A stretch of DNA of 62,388 nucleotides, filler included, from Intoshia linei (lineage: Eukaryota; Animalia; Orthonectida): the NCBI GenBank assembly GCA_001642005.1. It is 11 parts of 11 records of this genome, joined end to end, with 100 filler letters (N's around TTAATTAATTAA, not from the genome) between each part and the next. Parts side by side here need not be neighbours in the genome. Positions count along the whole stretch, not along the records: positions 1 to 3,151 come from LWCA01002137.1; positions 3,252 to 11,872 come from LWCA01001436.1; positions 11,973 to 25,202 come from LWCA01001024.1; 8 more parts are not named here. One strand, given 5' to 3'. Shown one piece after another: positions 1 to 13,004 of this stretch. The position numbers and the translations under genes are program-made. Each line of letters begins with the position of its first letter. Position 1 is the stretch's first letter. The notes beneath the pieces were generated by a model. It ran no database searches. It was not told the DNA's origin and saw only the letters and a program-made list of their open reading frames with translations.

Positions 1-97
1 TAATATAGATTCCTTTTAACAAAATCAATTCCATAATTTATTTCAGAGACAGACTAAACTCAATTAACATGGTTTACATTTTGGTGCTGATCTACAT

Positions 98-463
98 CAG
101 AGGTTCTCAAAGGTGATCGACCAAGGGGCGATTTTTCTATTTTATTTCACAAAATAAATAAGCCAATAATATTTTTGGAAGGTCACAAATTATTTTTCGT
201 CATTTGATTAAAATATTAAAGTCCTTTTCATTAATTTCATTGCTAAAATAACGTAAAAAAGTATCAGAATTTTTTAAAGATAATTATTGATTCTATGGGC
301 GATTCTTTAAAAATTTGAGTAACAGTAAAAACTTGTTACTAAAAGGTAATTGAAAACACTAACTAATTGTGAGTCACTAAGTAAATTTTATCAATCTAAA
401 AATATGCAATTTTTATTTTGAATTATGGAAGGGGCGATTCTAAAAAAAGGTTGAGAAGCCCTG
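98..463. mobile_element. hAT (Charlie/Buster-type) MITE
   Basis: TIR CAGAGGTTCTCAA ... TTGAGAAGCCCTG; 8-bp flanks atctacat/atctacag (7/8 TSD); subterminal GGGGCGATT at both ends. Confidence 0.8.
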
Positions 464-1754
464 ATCTACAGTAATAAATACTTATACAAAAATTGATGCT
501 GTTATAATTTAATTAGCCATGATATCGAATATACACGGCGTTCCAACAATATAATCACAAATTCGTATTAAAAACTATAAGAATTTGTAATTACAAAAAA
601 ATAATTTATTTTATTATTAATTTTTTATTGTCTTATTGGAATGCACTGTAATTTGGTAGTCAAATACGCGTATTAAATTTATTAAACGTAACCAAATTTA
701 ATTTTGAGTATGATGGTCGTTCATTGAAGATTTAATAATCAGTCCAATAAAATATACAGAGACGTTTACATCAGCATCACTATATTTTAAAGATTTAAAA
801 TAATTACATTACGCAGAAAATCTTGAATTAATATGCTTGGAGAAGTTTCATTGCACTGTAGTTTTGATTGATTTTGTAAATCTTTAATCTAAAATCAAAT
901 TACAGCGAAACTTGTCTTCAGTGGAACGTAAAATTGAGTTGTTATAACAAGTTCCATTGTAGAAAAGGTAACAATTTTGGTTATGTTTAAAATGTTGCTA
1001 AAAACAATATTTATTGTCATACCCATGGATTATCCATTTTAGACAAGATTAAAATTCCCTTTTAACATGTCTATTTACATCTAATCACTATAGAATATAA
1101 TTTTAAAACTAATTTTGTACATTAAAATGTATTTCATTAAAATAAGTTTCATTGTAGACAAGTTATAGTGTATTGTAGTTAAATGGGAATTAACTATTTA
1201 AGGAACCATCGTACATATTAAGCGATAGATAATATGAATAAATTATGATACATCAAAATCTTGTGCTAGATGATGTCAATAAATTTGAATGTCACAAAAA
1301 CGTGTGCCATAGTTCAGGTTCCTACACTTTTTTCATCACAAACAAGTAATTTACTATAAAATTTCCCACGGACCACTAAACGAAATTACTAGGCAAAATT
1401 TAAAAGAAGTAAGATAAATTAATATATAGATAGGATAAGAGATATAAATAGAAATAGGATAAATCGAAATAAATTATGTAATAATTCAAAGAGTCATCAT
1501 ACAAAATATTAAAACAAAATATAAATTAAATATTATTTAGCTTTTTGTGTATTGTTTTTTGTTGACATACTTATGACGCGTCATTTCATTATTTTATATA
1601 CGTTTGACCATTTCAAATGCATATTAAAGATACGATCGAATCGAATGACTCATTATACATACATCATTTTAAAGGCAATATTCACATAAATATACAATAT
1701 AGTATAATGTAGTATGAAATAATTAACTTAATAATTAAATAATTATGAATACTA

Positions 1755-2170
1755 AAATGCTTTTTTGACTGTGAAGTCGTCACTTATTCGGATTGAAATT
1801 TTTTATGTTATAATTTTTTAAATTTAAGGGCTGTTTTCATTATAGAAAGAAAAGTAATTTTGGGTTTTGGCCCTGAAGATATAATTTTTTAAATTTATGA
1901 TAATGTTTATGATTTTAAAATTCGCATCAGCGTATATATTTTTTTAAATTCTCCAACTCATTTAATTTTCAAAAAGAGGGACAACAGGGGTTTTTGACCC
2001 GTAAGATTTGAAATTGGGAGGTTGGAATTTATCTTAATATACGTTCCGGAAAAAACTGTAATTGAAATGTTATCTTTAAAAAATTTTAAAACGCGTAGTT
2101 ATTTAAATAAAGGTGAACAGACCGACACACACAGACACACAAACAAATTTGTTATGTGATATCACTGATA
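1755..2170 (-). mobile_element. Non-autonomous Helitron-like repeat, diverged copy
   Basis: Shares the block gtgaagtcgtcacttattcggattgaaattttt...ttctccaactc...acacacagacac with the copies at 32140, 34516, 55220 and (inverted) 61472. Confidence 0.7.
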
Positions 2171-2454
2171 TAGAATTACTACTTCACTGTATTACTAAAT
2201 TATCATGCACAAATTGCCTCTATAATTGCAAATGAAAATTTACACGATTCTATCGTTGACTTAAACGAATTTCACTGCATAAGGAAATGTTTTAATGTTT
2301 ACCTTTTTATTCATATTTTCAATTAAATTTAGAGAATTTTTTAATCTGTGAAACAATTTATTTATATTTTGCTCAGATTCTTTTTTAAATTTTCTATTAT
2401 TATTTCTAAATTATAAATGTATACATTCTAAAACATACTTCTTGTACCCAAGTA

Positions 2455-2698
2455 CAGTAATGGCAAAAATTTTCATTTGTTGTGTCAAAAAACAATTTTT
2501 GCTGTGTTCTTTTCTAGTTGCGTGTAACTTTTAAATGATAAATAATTTTAGGTATGTATATTTTTCTATTATTACACACTTTAGAGTTAATTTTTTCACA
2601 CCATATTACAAATTTCAAATAAGTTTTTTACCAGCGTTTCAGGCAGAATCCCTGTGCATGTCACTAGTGACACGCGTGTCATATTTTTGCCATCACTG
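2455..2698. mobile_element. hAT MITE
   Basis: 16-bp TIR CAGTAATGGCAAAAAT / ATTTTTGCCATCACTG; flanks cccaagta/accaagtg; subterminal TGACACGCGTGTCA palindrome seen in hAT ends. Confidence 0.8.
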
Positions 2699-3151
2699 AC
2701 CAAGTGCATTTATTTTTTTATCTATGCTATTATTATTTACTTTTTTTCTTGTAATAATATTGTGTCCATTTTTTTATTAGAAAGACCCATTTTGCACGTA
2801 GGTGTCTTTTTTGATTTTAACCATTTATAAAAAAAATGAAATCAGTTAATATTTACTCCTCAAATGTAATTGAAGTGGAATCTCGATCGTAAGTTTAGAA
2901 AATAAATTTATGCAATATTTTTTATTACTAAGACAAGTTTAAAAATGAAAAAGTAATAATACCTATATACATGTCTAGTGCATAATTTTCACTTTACATT
3001 ACGAGTTTGGCATGAACATGAAGGGTGAGTGCATTCAACACACGAGTTATGTAAAAGTGTGAAAATTATTAGCTATGACATGTTAATTTTTTTACTGTTT
3101 AGTCTATTAAATCAAAATTTCAATTTTTGCATGTTGAAAAATATAAATAAT

Positions 3152-3251
3152 NNNNNNNNNNNNNNNNNNNNNNNNNNNNNNNNNNNNNNNNNNNNTTAAT
3201 TAATTAANNNNNNNNNNNNNNNNNNNNNNNNNNNNNNNNNNNNNNNNNNNN
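3152..3251. other. Artificial assembly spacer (N44-TTAATTAATTAA-N44); also at 11873-11972, 25203-25302, 29019-29118, 31838-31937, 34416-34515, 37131-37230, 40138-40237, 47550-47649, 52889-52988
   Basis: Identical 100-nt block ten times; the core 12-mer puts TAA in all six frames. Confidence 0.97.
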
Positions 3252-3450
3252 ATGGATGTAGTATTAATTATTAAATTATGTATTCATTTAATTGTTTTGT
3301 ATTCTAGTTTTAAAAGTTTTAAAAATATTTTTACACCTTCACTGATCCGCACAAGTAAAAACATTTGGAATGTTTTGACAAAAACAGGAGCATCATGTGC
3401 TCTGAAAAATGATAACAAAATTAGCAATATGTAAGTAACAATTTTAAAGG

Positions 3451-3818
3451 TGCCATACAAAAATTACAATATAACTTTATTTAATGGAATGTTACCATCG
3501 AATGTGTTAAATATGTTTTGAGTGGTTTTATGTTGACCGTCATGTTTGGTTGTTCACTTTACATCTTTAAATTCAATTCAACCTCGTTTACTTTATATTT
3601 TATTGATGTTTAAATTTGCTATAATTTTATAAAAATTATCATTTTTCATTGATAAAAATTTTCACTAAAAACAAAAATAAATGAGGTAAAATTGAATTTA
3701 AAGATGCAAAGTGAACAACCAAACATGACGATTAACATAATTCCAGTTAAAACATATTTACAGGATCTCATCATAACATTCCAGTAAATAAAGTTATATT
3801 TTAGTTTTTGTAGAACAT
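3451..3818. repeat. Long inverted repeat / foldback element
   Basis: About 145-bp arms, e.g. cgtcatgtttggttgttcactttacatctttaaattcaatt pairs with aattgaatttaaagatgcaaagtgaacaaccaaacatgacg; spacer about 80 nt. Confidence 0.85.
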
Positions 3819-5318
3819 TTTTGTATGAAATTTTTAAATTGGCAAGGGTCTTCGCAAAAAATTCTCCAAAATCAATTTTTTTTTCAGTGTAGCCATAAAA
3901 CTGTATACGCGACTTTATCCGTTCCTGCACCATAAAATTTCCAAAAAAACTACTAAAATTCACACCTCTAATAAATATATTTTAAAAAAATTTAAAATAA
4001 ATGATCCTCAAAATCAATACTTAAAATTCAAGTGTAGTTTATAACCATTGATTACACTTATAAAAAAATTAAAGACCGACATGCATCTTTTGAAAAAGCA
4101 TTGTAGTTAATCTGTCTACTCTAGGAATACCTTAATTTATTTCAAATTATCATTTTAGGGATTCATACGGAAAAAACATGGACGGCCCAATAAAATTTAA
4201 ATCTAAAATTCAATTTAGTTATTTTCATTAATTTTAATTAATTTTAAAATCGTGCTTGATTTAGATTTTTTTTCAAATTTTATTACTTTATTATTATGAA
4301 TTCCAATTTCATCTTACAATACAGTGGAATCTTGATAATACATACAGCTAAATTACACAATATATTTATGCAATATTTTTTATTATTAAGACAACTTTAA
4401 AAATGAAAAAGGAATAAAGTAAATATCGCGCATTTTTTAAATTTATCAATAGGTTTAATGAATTTATAACTGCACATGACGATACCTTTCCTTCTGATTC
4501 AGAATCTGATTTTGAAATTATGGCTACTCAACCATCTAATAATATATCTAAGAATGAAGAAAATATAGATTTGGCTTTAAAAATCGTTGAATCATCGATT
4601 TTCTTGTCTAGTATAATTGATATGGACTCAGAGTTGGATTTTTTAGAATAATACAAAAAAAATTACAAGACAAAAAGTCTAAATATTTGTAGATTAAATT
4701 TATTTTTAAAACTTTTTCATCATAGTCGTTTAATTAAATTATATCACCATCATTTAATATATAATAGTATACTACAGAGATGTCAGACTCAATTTGCTTG
4801 TCAGGCCAAATGTGACACAAAAAAATATCTTCACTGAAATCATCATTAAATTAATTAAGAAAATTAATAGAATATATAAATAAATAAATGGGTTAAAAAT
4901 TTTTTATAATGCGGCCCGCGTAATTGAACGCAGGTATACTACAGTATGATTATAAAATTATAGATTTTTAGTTTTTTTAAATAATAAATAAATTAAAAAC
5001 GCGGCAATATTCTGTTTCATAAACATTATTTTAATAAATTGCAGTCCTTTTCGTATGTTCTGTATAAACTGTGCCTTTTCGTATTTTTGAAAAATAAAAT
5101 TAATAAATTATAGCATAGATTACTCTATATCAATTCAATGTGAAGTTTTTATATTATCTTGAAATATAAAGTTAAATTTAGTATTTGCTGTATGTATTAA
5201 CAAGTGTTTTCAGAATCAAATTTCCATTGTATGTAGTAAATCTGCTAGTAACGATAGAGCAAAATTAGTGTAACTATTGTTATCATCACTCAGTCTAGAA
5301 TTAATATATTATGTTCAT

Positions 5319-5689
5319 TAGGGTGTGCACTTTTGACATTTTTTTTTGAATTTCAAAAAGTATATTTGAGTGCAGTATATTGTAGGTAATCTTGATGATC
5401 TGCTTAAAGGTTCACTAAAAAGTATTCCGTATGGATGTGCCAATCTCAATTTTTTTCTAGACAATATATTTTTTGGTTGTGACATGAGGTCTTAGAAAAA
5501 AGAAATTAATTAATAATTTAAATAATAAACTAATGTTTGCGTTTCAATAATAATAAAAAAAATGCATTTTAAAATTTTGCTTTAGAAAATTTCAATTAAA
5601 TGAATTTTTTTTGTATATTCGTGATCAGCATATAAAAATACACCTATATGCAAATATACTTTTTGATCTTTAAAAAAGTGCACACCCTA
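5319..5689. mobile_element. TIR MITE (TAGGGTG-type end, hATm- or Tc1-like)
   Basis: Perfect 16-bp TIR TAGGGTGTGCACTTTT / AAAAGTGCACACCCTA; no clear 8-bp TSD. Confidence 0.7.
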
Positions 5690-7002
5690 CATAAAATATA
5701 ATGTTTGATATATAAGTTTCTAGTAGTTAACTATTGAAGTTACTGCTAGTAATTAATATCATTATCTTGTTGAAGAATGTACTTATAACTTCATTTTTAT
5801 GAGTTATACACCCGATTACGTTACTCTGCTCATAAAACCATCAAAAAAATGAATATATTTATTTTAGTTATATGATCATTGTAAATTACAATTTGTAAAG
5901 TATTTAATTAGTAGTTGATAAATAATTGTATTTAGTTATTACTAATAACTAATTAGTAATAATAATAACTTATTACGTACGTTAAAACTATAATTATCTT
6001 TATTCAATAAAAAGTTATACAATTGTCTATATATAATTGTTATTATTAATAGATTGAGGTATACCATTAGGAAATTGATTATATACTATATTACATATTC
6101 ATTACGTTAGTGAGATTTTGATCAGAGGAAATATTAAACATATAATTTCTTACATTGCATGTAAATAGTAAGACTAAGTAATTATGTTAATAGAAATAGC
6201 AAAGTTGAAAATTGAAGTAGCAACCAATAATTATTTTAAAATTATTTAAAAGGTAATATTAAACAAGTATGAATTAAATGATTTTATCGATTCTTAATTT
6301 ATGCTGTAATATAATGTATAGTTAGTCTAAATAATTTATGAATTTATTGATTGAAAGTTCACAAAGAAATTTAAGAAATAAATATAACTAATAATTGTAC
6401 AATGCAAATTAAAAAATGTACGCATTGTATCGACTTTTTCAAACACCTAAAATAGTCGAAATTATTAATATTCTTTATTATTACAATCAATATGTACATT
6501 AACATCATTTTACAATTTATATTGATAGTTGATATATATACATTTTTGTACTAATTTATGGATAAATAATATTGATTATGATTAGCAAACTCATTAATGA
6601 ATTTTTTTGCTTCAATCGATAATATATACAAAGTAGAACAAATTAAGGAAATATATGATAAAATTCGATTTAAATAACCTGTAAATTTAATTTTATACAA
6701 GTTAATTTATACTTTTAAATTACTTATTCAAATTATTTCATCTAATACATTATCCATATAATTGGATGGATAAGACTATTCATTTCATGTTATTTAATGA
6801 AATGGATAAATTAAATTTTCAAAATAATCTATTATTGACATTTACATTAATTTTCCAAAATATTAAAGTAAAACAATTGTTTCTCGATAATGCTGAAATT
6901 TCCAGCACTATTTTCAAAATATGCTTTTAATATTTTTTCATTTTTAAACGTTCACTTTGATAACACTTACATTTCAATATATTGAATTGTAAACTAATCA
7001 TT

Positions 7003-7356
7003 ATGAGTCTGATGAGATTTTTGTCATTAAAGGTTTTTGCTTTTGTTTTTTTATACTATCTTTTATTTAGAAGACAGCTTCTACTGATGGAAAATCTAAT
7101 CAAGATCCAAATAAATCACCTATATTAGAGAGTACTGATATTGGTGCAATCAATTTTAGTATTCACTATGATCATTTTGATAATATATTAACCATTAAAA
7201 TCATTCGTGCAATCAAATTACCAGCTATGGATATCACTGGAACTAGTGATCCTTATGTAAAAATTTCACTACTTCCAGATAAACGACCTGTATTAAAAAC
7301 CAATGTTAAAAGAAAAAATCTTAATCCAATTTGGAATGAAACATTTGCTTTTGAAG
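7003..7356 (+). CDS. SYT7: Synaptotagmin-7-like, partial (first half of C2A); exon 7071-7356, possible exon 7003-7032
   Basis: Manual translation IGAINFSIHYDHFDNILTIKIIRAIKLPAMDITGTSDPYVKISLLPDKRPVLKTNVKRKNLNPIWNETFAFEG matches Syt7 C2A (GTSDPxVK..LLPDK..KRKNLNPxWNETFxFEG); tttag acceptor and gtatg donor; 38-nt intron 7033-7070; later exons not found. Confidence 0.85.
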
Positions 7357-8580
7357 GTATGCAATTTTATTTGAAATTTTTACTGTGATATCGAAATGAA
7401 ATTTGGGGTTGTTAATCGAGCCCACAAATGGAAGGCTTTTTTCATTTATTTATAGTTTATTTATATTATTTAGTGTGCACTGTATAACATTATTAAAACA
7501 CTACAGCTAAACATTTTTGAAATTAAGGCTTTTAGTTAATTTTACTTTTATAAAAATTTCTTAAAAAAATATAATTGAATTGTTTCACTGGTATATTAGC
7601 TATTCTCAATCCAATTCTTTTTAAAGAGGAAGTCATGAAGGATTCCTAATCAATGGAATTTTATTAAGTTGAGACATATTTAAATTATATACTATTATTA
7701 TATAACTAGATTGATTCTTATGTAGTTACTTTGTACAAACAGCAGCTAACTCTGCCGAGGGTAGATTTTTTAATTTATGAGATACTGAGTATGATTTTAA
7801 AAACAATCAAATTATAATTACACTATATTAAATCGTTATAAAAATATGAATTCCACAAAATTTTATATTTTAAATATTTGTAGAACAAGATACATCATAT
7901 TTTCTTTTTGAATGAAGGAGTGGTTCCCAAACTTACTTCATCATGGACCGCTCAATTCACATCAAATTAAATTTATATAGCATTGTTAACATTTGTGTAA
8001 AAATTATAAAAATACAATTTGGTTAATGTCATTTTTTTAATTTATTAAATAGAATAATCTTAAAATAAAGTAAAAACAGTCCAATTCTAAAAATTGTCAT
8101 AAATAGCATAAATTCCCAGAAAAAATAAAATTAAGAAACCTATTTTGTCATTTTCAATGTGATGACATATATTCAGTATCAATTTAATAAATTAAAAACC
8201 TATAGTATCATTTTCAATGTGATGATATATTTACAGTATCAATCTAATAAATACTTGAAAATACCAATTATATATCAATAATTAAACGAATCTTCACTTT
8301 ATAAACATATTTTAGTCGAATTTTACCAATATTGTAAAGGATTGTAATAAATATAAAAATGGTAATAACAAAGTTGTATTACTTTTAGTAATTCGTTGTT
8401 GTTATTTGAAAAAGATTGATTTATAATAAATTAAAAATTATTTTTCACTGGGAATGCGTAGATTTCTGGAATTGAAATTTGGTATTTATATCAAATTACA
8501 AAAAAATTAGAAATATTCTATGGTGTTCACACCAGAGAATATTTTTTTTATGAGAAAAAATTATGTCAATTAATATGTTA

Positions 8581-8864
8581 ATTTATTGTGTCAGTATTTT
8601 TCTTATTGATTCGTCATTATTTTTAATTATTTTGTCAGAATTGTAGATGGCTTGTCAGTATTTTAGGTGCCTATACTGACAAAATAATTTTTTTTACTGC
8701 CCTTCTAATTTAAATACTGAGAATCAATTATTTATACTGAAACCTTATCAATTGGCACCTAAAATACTGACAAACCATCTACAATACTGAAAAAATCAAT
8801 GTTTCTACTGACAAACCATCACCAATACTGACAAATCAATAAAAAAAATACTGACACAATAAAT
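8581..8864. repeat. Foldback element built from TACTGACA repeats
   Basis: Left arm atttattgtgtcagtatttt...tgtcagtattttaggtgcc mirrors right arm ggcacctaaaatactgaca...aaaatactgacacaataaat. Confidence 0.85.
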
Positions 8865-10749
8865 GCACGCCTTTGTTAATTTTAATAATTGTATTAAATT
8901 TTTAAATGAGTTATTTTAAGTATGCATTAATTTGTTCTGTAATTAAAATGGTTACAGCATGATTAATATTGGATTTAAACATTTCAATCTTGTACTATTT
9001 ATATCGTAAAAATTAAGAAATTGAGTACTAAGCACTTTTTTTCAGGTACATGTGACACTTTAATGTCAACGGCGAAGTGCTGAATTGGTTTTTAAAATTA
9101 TTGTCCATTTATCTTTTATCGATTTTAGCAGCTTTAGGTTCATTTTATTATAATGAAAATTATTTGAGTTAGCTAAACTTTATCATAACAATATTATATT
9201 TACATACAGACCAGACCGTGGAGAGAGTTAAATGGCACATGGCGCGTGTATACACTCAAGATGGCCTAATATTTGAATTCATTAATAGGTAGTATTGGAA
9301 AATTTTTATTTTATGATCACAATGCGATTTTCAACTGTTATTTTTAATTTTTAAATGAAAAACGATCGATTAAACAATGTATAGATATTGTTTAATTATG
9401 TTTTACATATTAATAAAAATTTATATGGACATAAATTTTTTATCTACCCGAACCTACTGGTGGCTCTCCACAACCCTGTATACATGATAATTTCTTGGCT
9501 AATTATTTCTTTTATAAAAAAAATACTGACAATAAATGAATAATTTTTTAGTACTGTAAAGATTAAGATTTCATTTTTTGCCAAAATTGGGAATTGAAAA
9601 TTTTTGCGAATACTAGAATCTATTTTCAAGGATACTGTTAGCCAATTTAGTATATAAAGCTATATAAATAAATTTGATCCTAATCAAAAATTTAATTTTA
9701 TATCAGGCGTGAACGTGACGTGAAAACATTTTTTCAATTTATTTTAAAAAAAGTTTGGTGAATAACGGATCATCGGAATTAAAGTTTTTTTAATAGGATA
9801 ATGGGAGAAGTAAATAGTGGAGCCCTTGTACACAAAATGAACTCCATTTGAAAAAATAGTGTAGAGCCGCCGAAGAGGGGAGCAGAACGGTAGATTCGGA
9901 TTTGAGCTCTATTTACCTCTCCACGATCTTGGGGTTCACACTTTAAATTTGACACACAAAACATATATTATATTATAAAATAATATATAATATTTTAAAT
10001 GTTCAATTAGTAAAAATTATATAAACCCCGATGAGGGGTTTGGGGTATGGTAGATTCGGTCTGCATATAATGATACTGGTAATACAACTGAGAGTCTCTG
10101 ATCACAGCTCACAAATTGTGGAAACTGAAACTGACGCGTGGAAATAGGCAAGTTATATAATAAGCTTTAAATATGAACTTGAAAATTTTGACTCTGACGG
10201 AGCCATGGTTTATTTTAATCTGTTTAATAAAAATACTGATTAGTGATTTAGATGAAATTCTTTCTTTAACATTCTTATACAAACATTTTAATATATTGAT
10301 TATATATTAATTTACAATTTGATTGGAATGATAGTTTATTAATCGTTTCTAAATCGTGTATTTGACGGAAATTGATTATATTAGTTACTTAGAGAATCAT
10401 TTATTAGCTTTTAAAACATGTTCTTTGAAAAAGTAATAAAATTAGATTATTAATTGACATGTTTAATCGATTTTTTAAACAAAACCAAATTTAATGCATG
10501 TTAAATGATATTGGGTTTTCATTATAACTAATTTATAAAATAATTTTGATTTACCATTTCAAAAAACATTGTACTACATTTAATTACTTAATACTTAGTT
10601 ACAGTCTAAGTCAGTGGTTCCCAACGTAATTTCTCTGGAAATTCTAGATGGTCCACAAGAAAAATTTTAAATAAAATGAAGTTTAAATTTTTTTAACAAT
10701 AATATTAATTTATAATATGATTCATTATAGATCATTATTATTAGTGAAC

Positions 10750-11775
10750 GTAAACATCACATCATAATTCTTCTATCACTCCTTAGAAATATACTCGCAA
10801 TCGTTATGTTAAGTAGAACAGGTCCCAAAATAGAACAACATATACCACCGTTGCAAGGCGCATACCAGAGAACAGATCAACAACAGAACACGTCTTCACC
10901 TATAAACTACTAGCGGAAAAAGCGATCACCTCAAAAAACTATGAATTTGATATTCTTTTCATGGACTTGTCAAAGGCTTTCTACACCATCCATCGAGCTA
11001 CCCTAATTGAAGATCTGAGACAAATAGTTGAAAAAGATGAAACTCACATTATGAAAATTCTCCTGGAAAATATCGAATACACTGTGACATGCGGTAAGTC
11101 TTTTAGTGAACCTTTCGTAACAAATACCGGATCACCACAAGGAGACAGTTTCAATACAGTTTTCTTCATTTTCTTGGATACATTTATCACCTAAACGACC
11201 ACACATATGCTCTACCATCTCACCTCCATCCTCAGGTGCAACCAAAAGAACTAATTCATCATGATTACTGTACTCCACCAACTAAAATACACTAAATGTT
11301 GAAGGAGTCAATAAACTTTGATACACAGTATGCTGACGATTGTGGTTACGCAGTAGTTACTCAGAATACAAATGCCATTCATTACATCAAGATCATAACT
11401 CCTCAAATCCTTAAAAGTAGACACTTCCTATGTAATGAAGAAAAAACTGAACATCATGTTGTCAGCAGGAAAAACAATGATTATTCCTGGAAAAAGTGTA
11501 AATACCTTGGATCCAAGCTAAGTACTGATGATGACATAATACACAGAACACCTCTAACAAATAACACCATGAATAACCTGAATGAAGTATGGAAAAGTAA
11601 CTTACCTATAAATACCAAAATGATAATCTTTAATGGTTTTATACAAAGTGTCTTCATGTATAACACATGCCTATGGATTGTGAAAAAAAGAATCCATAAT
11701 AACATGAACTCTATACATACGAAATAATATGCACACAACATTATCAACGGGTCCATGTGGACTCTTCGGTCCACA
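10750..11775 (+). mobile_element. Non-LTR retrotransposon (LINE) reverse transcriptase relic, frameshifted
   Basis: Motifs DLSKAF, GSPQGDS, QYADD and KYLGS in ORFs 10961-11194 and 11296-11727. Confidence 0.9.
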
Positions 11776-11972
11776 TCAGTTTTTCAGAAGTCCATGAAAA
11801 ATTTTATCAACTTTAATATATTTACAGAAATAAAATAAAGTTAAAAATGATATTTCCGCAATGATAGTAATTNNNNNNNNNNNNNNNNNNNNNNNNNNNN
11901 NNNNNNNNNNNNNNNNTTAATTAATTAANNNNNNNNNNNNNNNNNNNNNNNNNNNNNNNNNNNNNNNNNNNN

Positions 11973-12677
11973 AAAATAAACAAGTATTGTTAGTGTCAAC
12001 TTTACACGTGAAAGGATGTATAGATGGTGATTCTAATAAGCCTAAGTCTATTTTATATTACAATAAATCAAAATGCGAGGTAGACACAATAGATCAGTTG
12101 TGTCAAAGTTATTCTGTGCAGCGTGAAACCAGAAGATGGCCATATTCTTATTTTATGAACACTATAAATATCGCCTGCATTAATTCCTGTTTTATACAAA
12201 TTTAATAACGTTCATCATTGACACAAACGTTATGAATTTATGTACAATCTTGGAATGGAGTTAGTTATGGATCACATGCAACACAGATCATTGCAAGTAG
12301 GTGGGGGTTTCATAAGGATATAATTGATGCAATGCTAACTTGTGGAATTAAATTTGATATCCCTTTATTTACAAATTCATGCTTTTTTAAATATGGTATT
12401 TTCTCACAAAATTGCAAAAATTCAACACCTCATATTTGCTCTGGTTGCAATAAAAGAATATGTGGGAATCATTCAAATCGTCAAATAGTATACAGTTGTC
12501 ATAAATGTTTGCTGTATAAATTTTATAAAAAATAAACAAATTAATTTCAATATTATTTATTTTAATTCTAAAAATTTTATTATTTTTGGAAATTGTAACT
12601 AAACAATAAACTTATTTAAATTTTATTGACTTGTAGAAGTACAATACGTTAGTTAAATTAGGGTGTGTATTTAAGTG
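11973..12677 (+). mobile_element. piggyBac transposase relic (3' part)
   Basis: KPKSILYYNKSKCEVDTIDQLCQSYSVQRETRRWP matches the piggyBac core (YN..K.GVD..DQ....Y...R.TRRWP); Cys-rich C-terminus CSGCNKRICGNH; ends at TTAA 12678-12681. Confidence 0.9.
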
Positions 12678-13004
12678 TTAAAAATATACTCCATGTGCGT
12701 TGTCAATTTTTTTTGTACTCCAGGTATTTTGGTCTAAAATTTACCAATTTAAAAAATTGATAATAATAAATAAATAAAATGCAAATCCTAAAAGGACTTA
12801 AAAGTTTAAAAAAGATAAGAAACCGCAAAGTTTAAACTACTGGATCCAAACGTGAATTTTAGGGACTATTTATATATTAATACGGAATTTAATGCGATAC
12901 AAATAAATTAATTTAAAGTTAAACTACCCTCAATATTGTTAATCATTAAACACACCTTTATATTTTAAAGATGTACAATTATAATTATATAGGTAAAAAC
13001 AAAC

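Noticed and set aside
700-1400. Minus-strand exon-like pieces (MDNPW|QHFKHNQNCYLFYNGTCYN) faintly like an SLC6 extracellular loop, with palindrome ATGACGCGTCAT at 1574
   Set aside because: I could not build a stop-free spliced frame or find a diagnostic motif
3152-3251. Recurring TTAATTAATTAA motif as a biological repeat or CRISPR-like array
   Set aside because: Always centred in a fixed N run; it is an artificial six-frame-stop spacer
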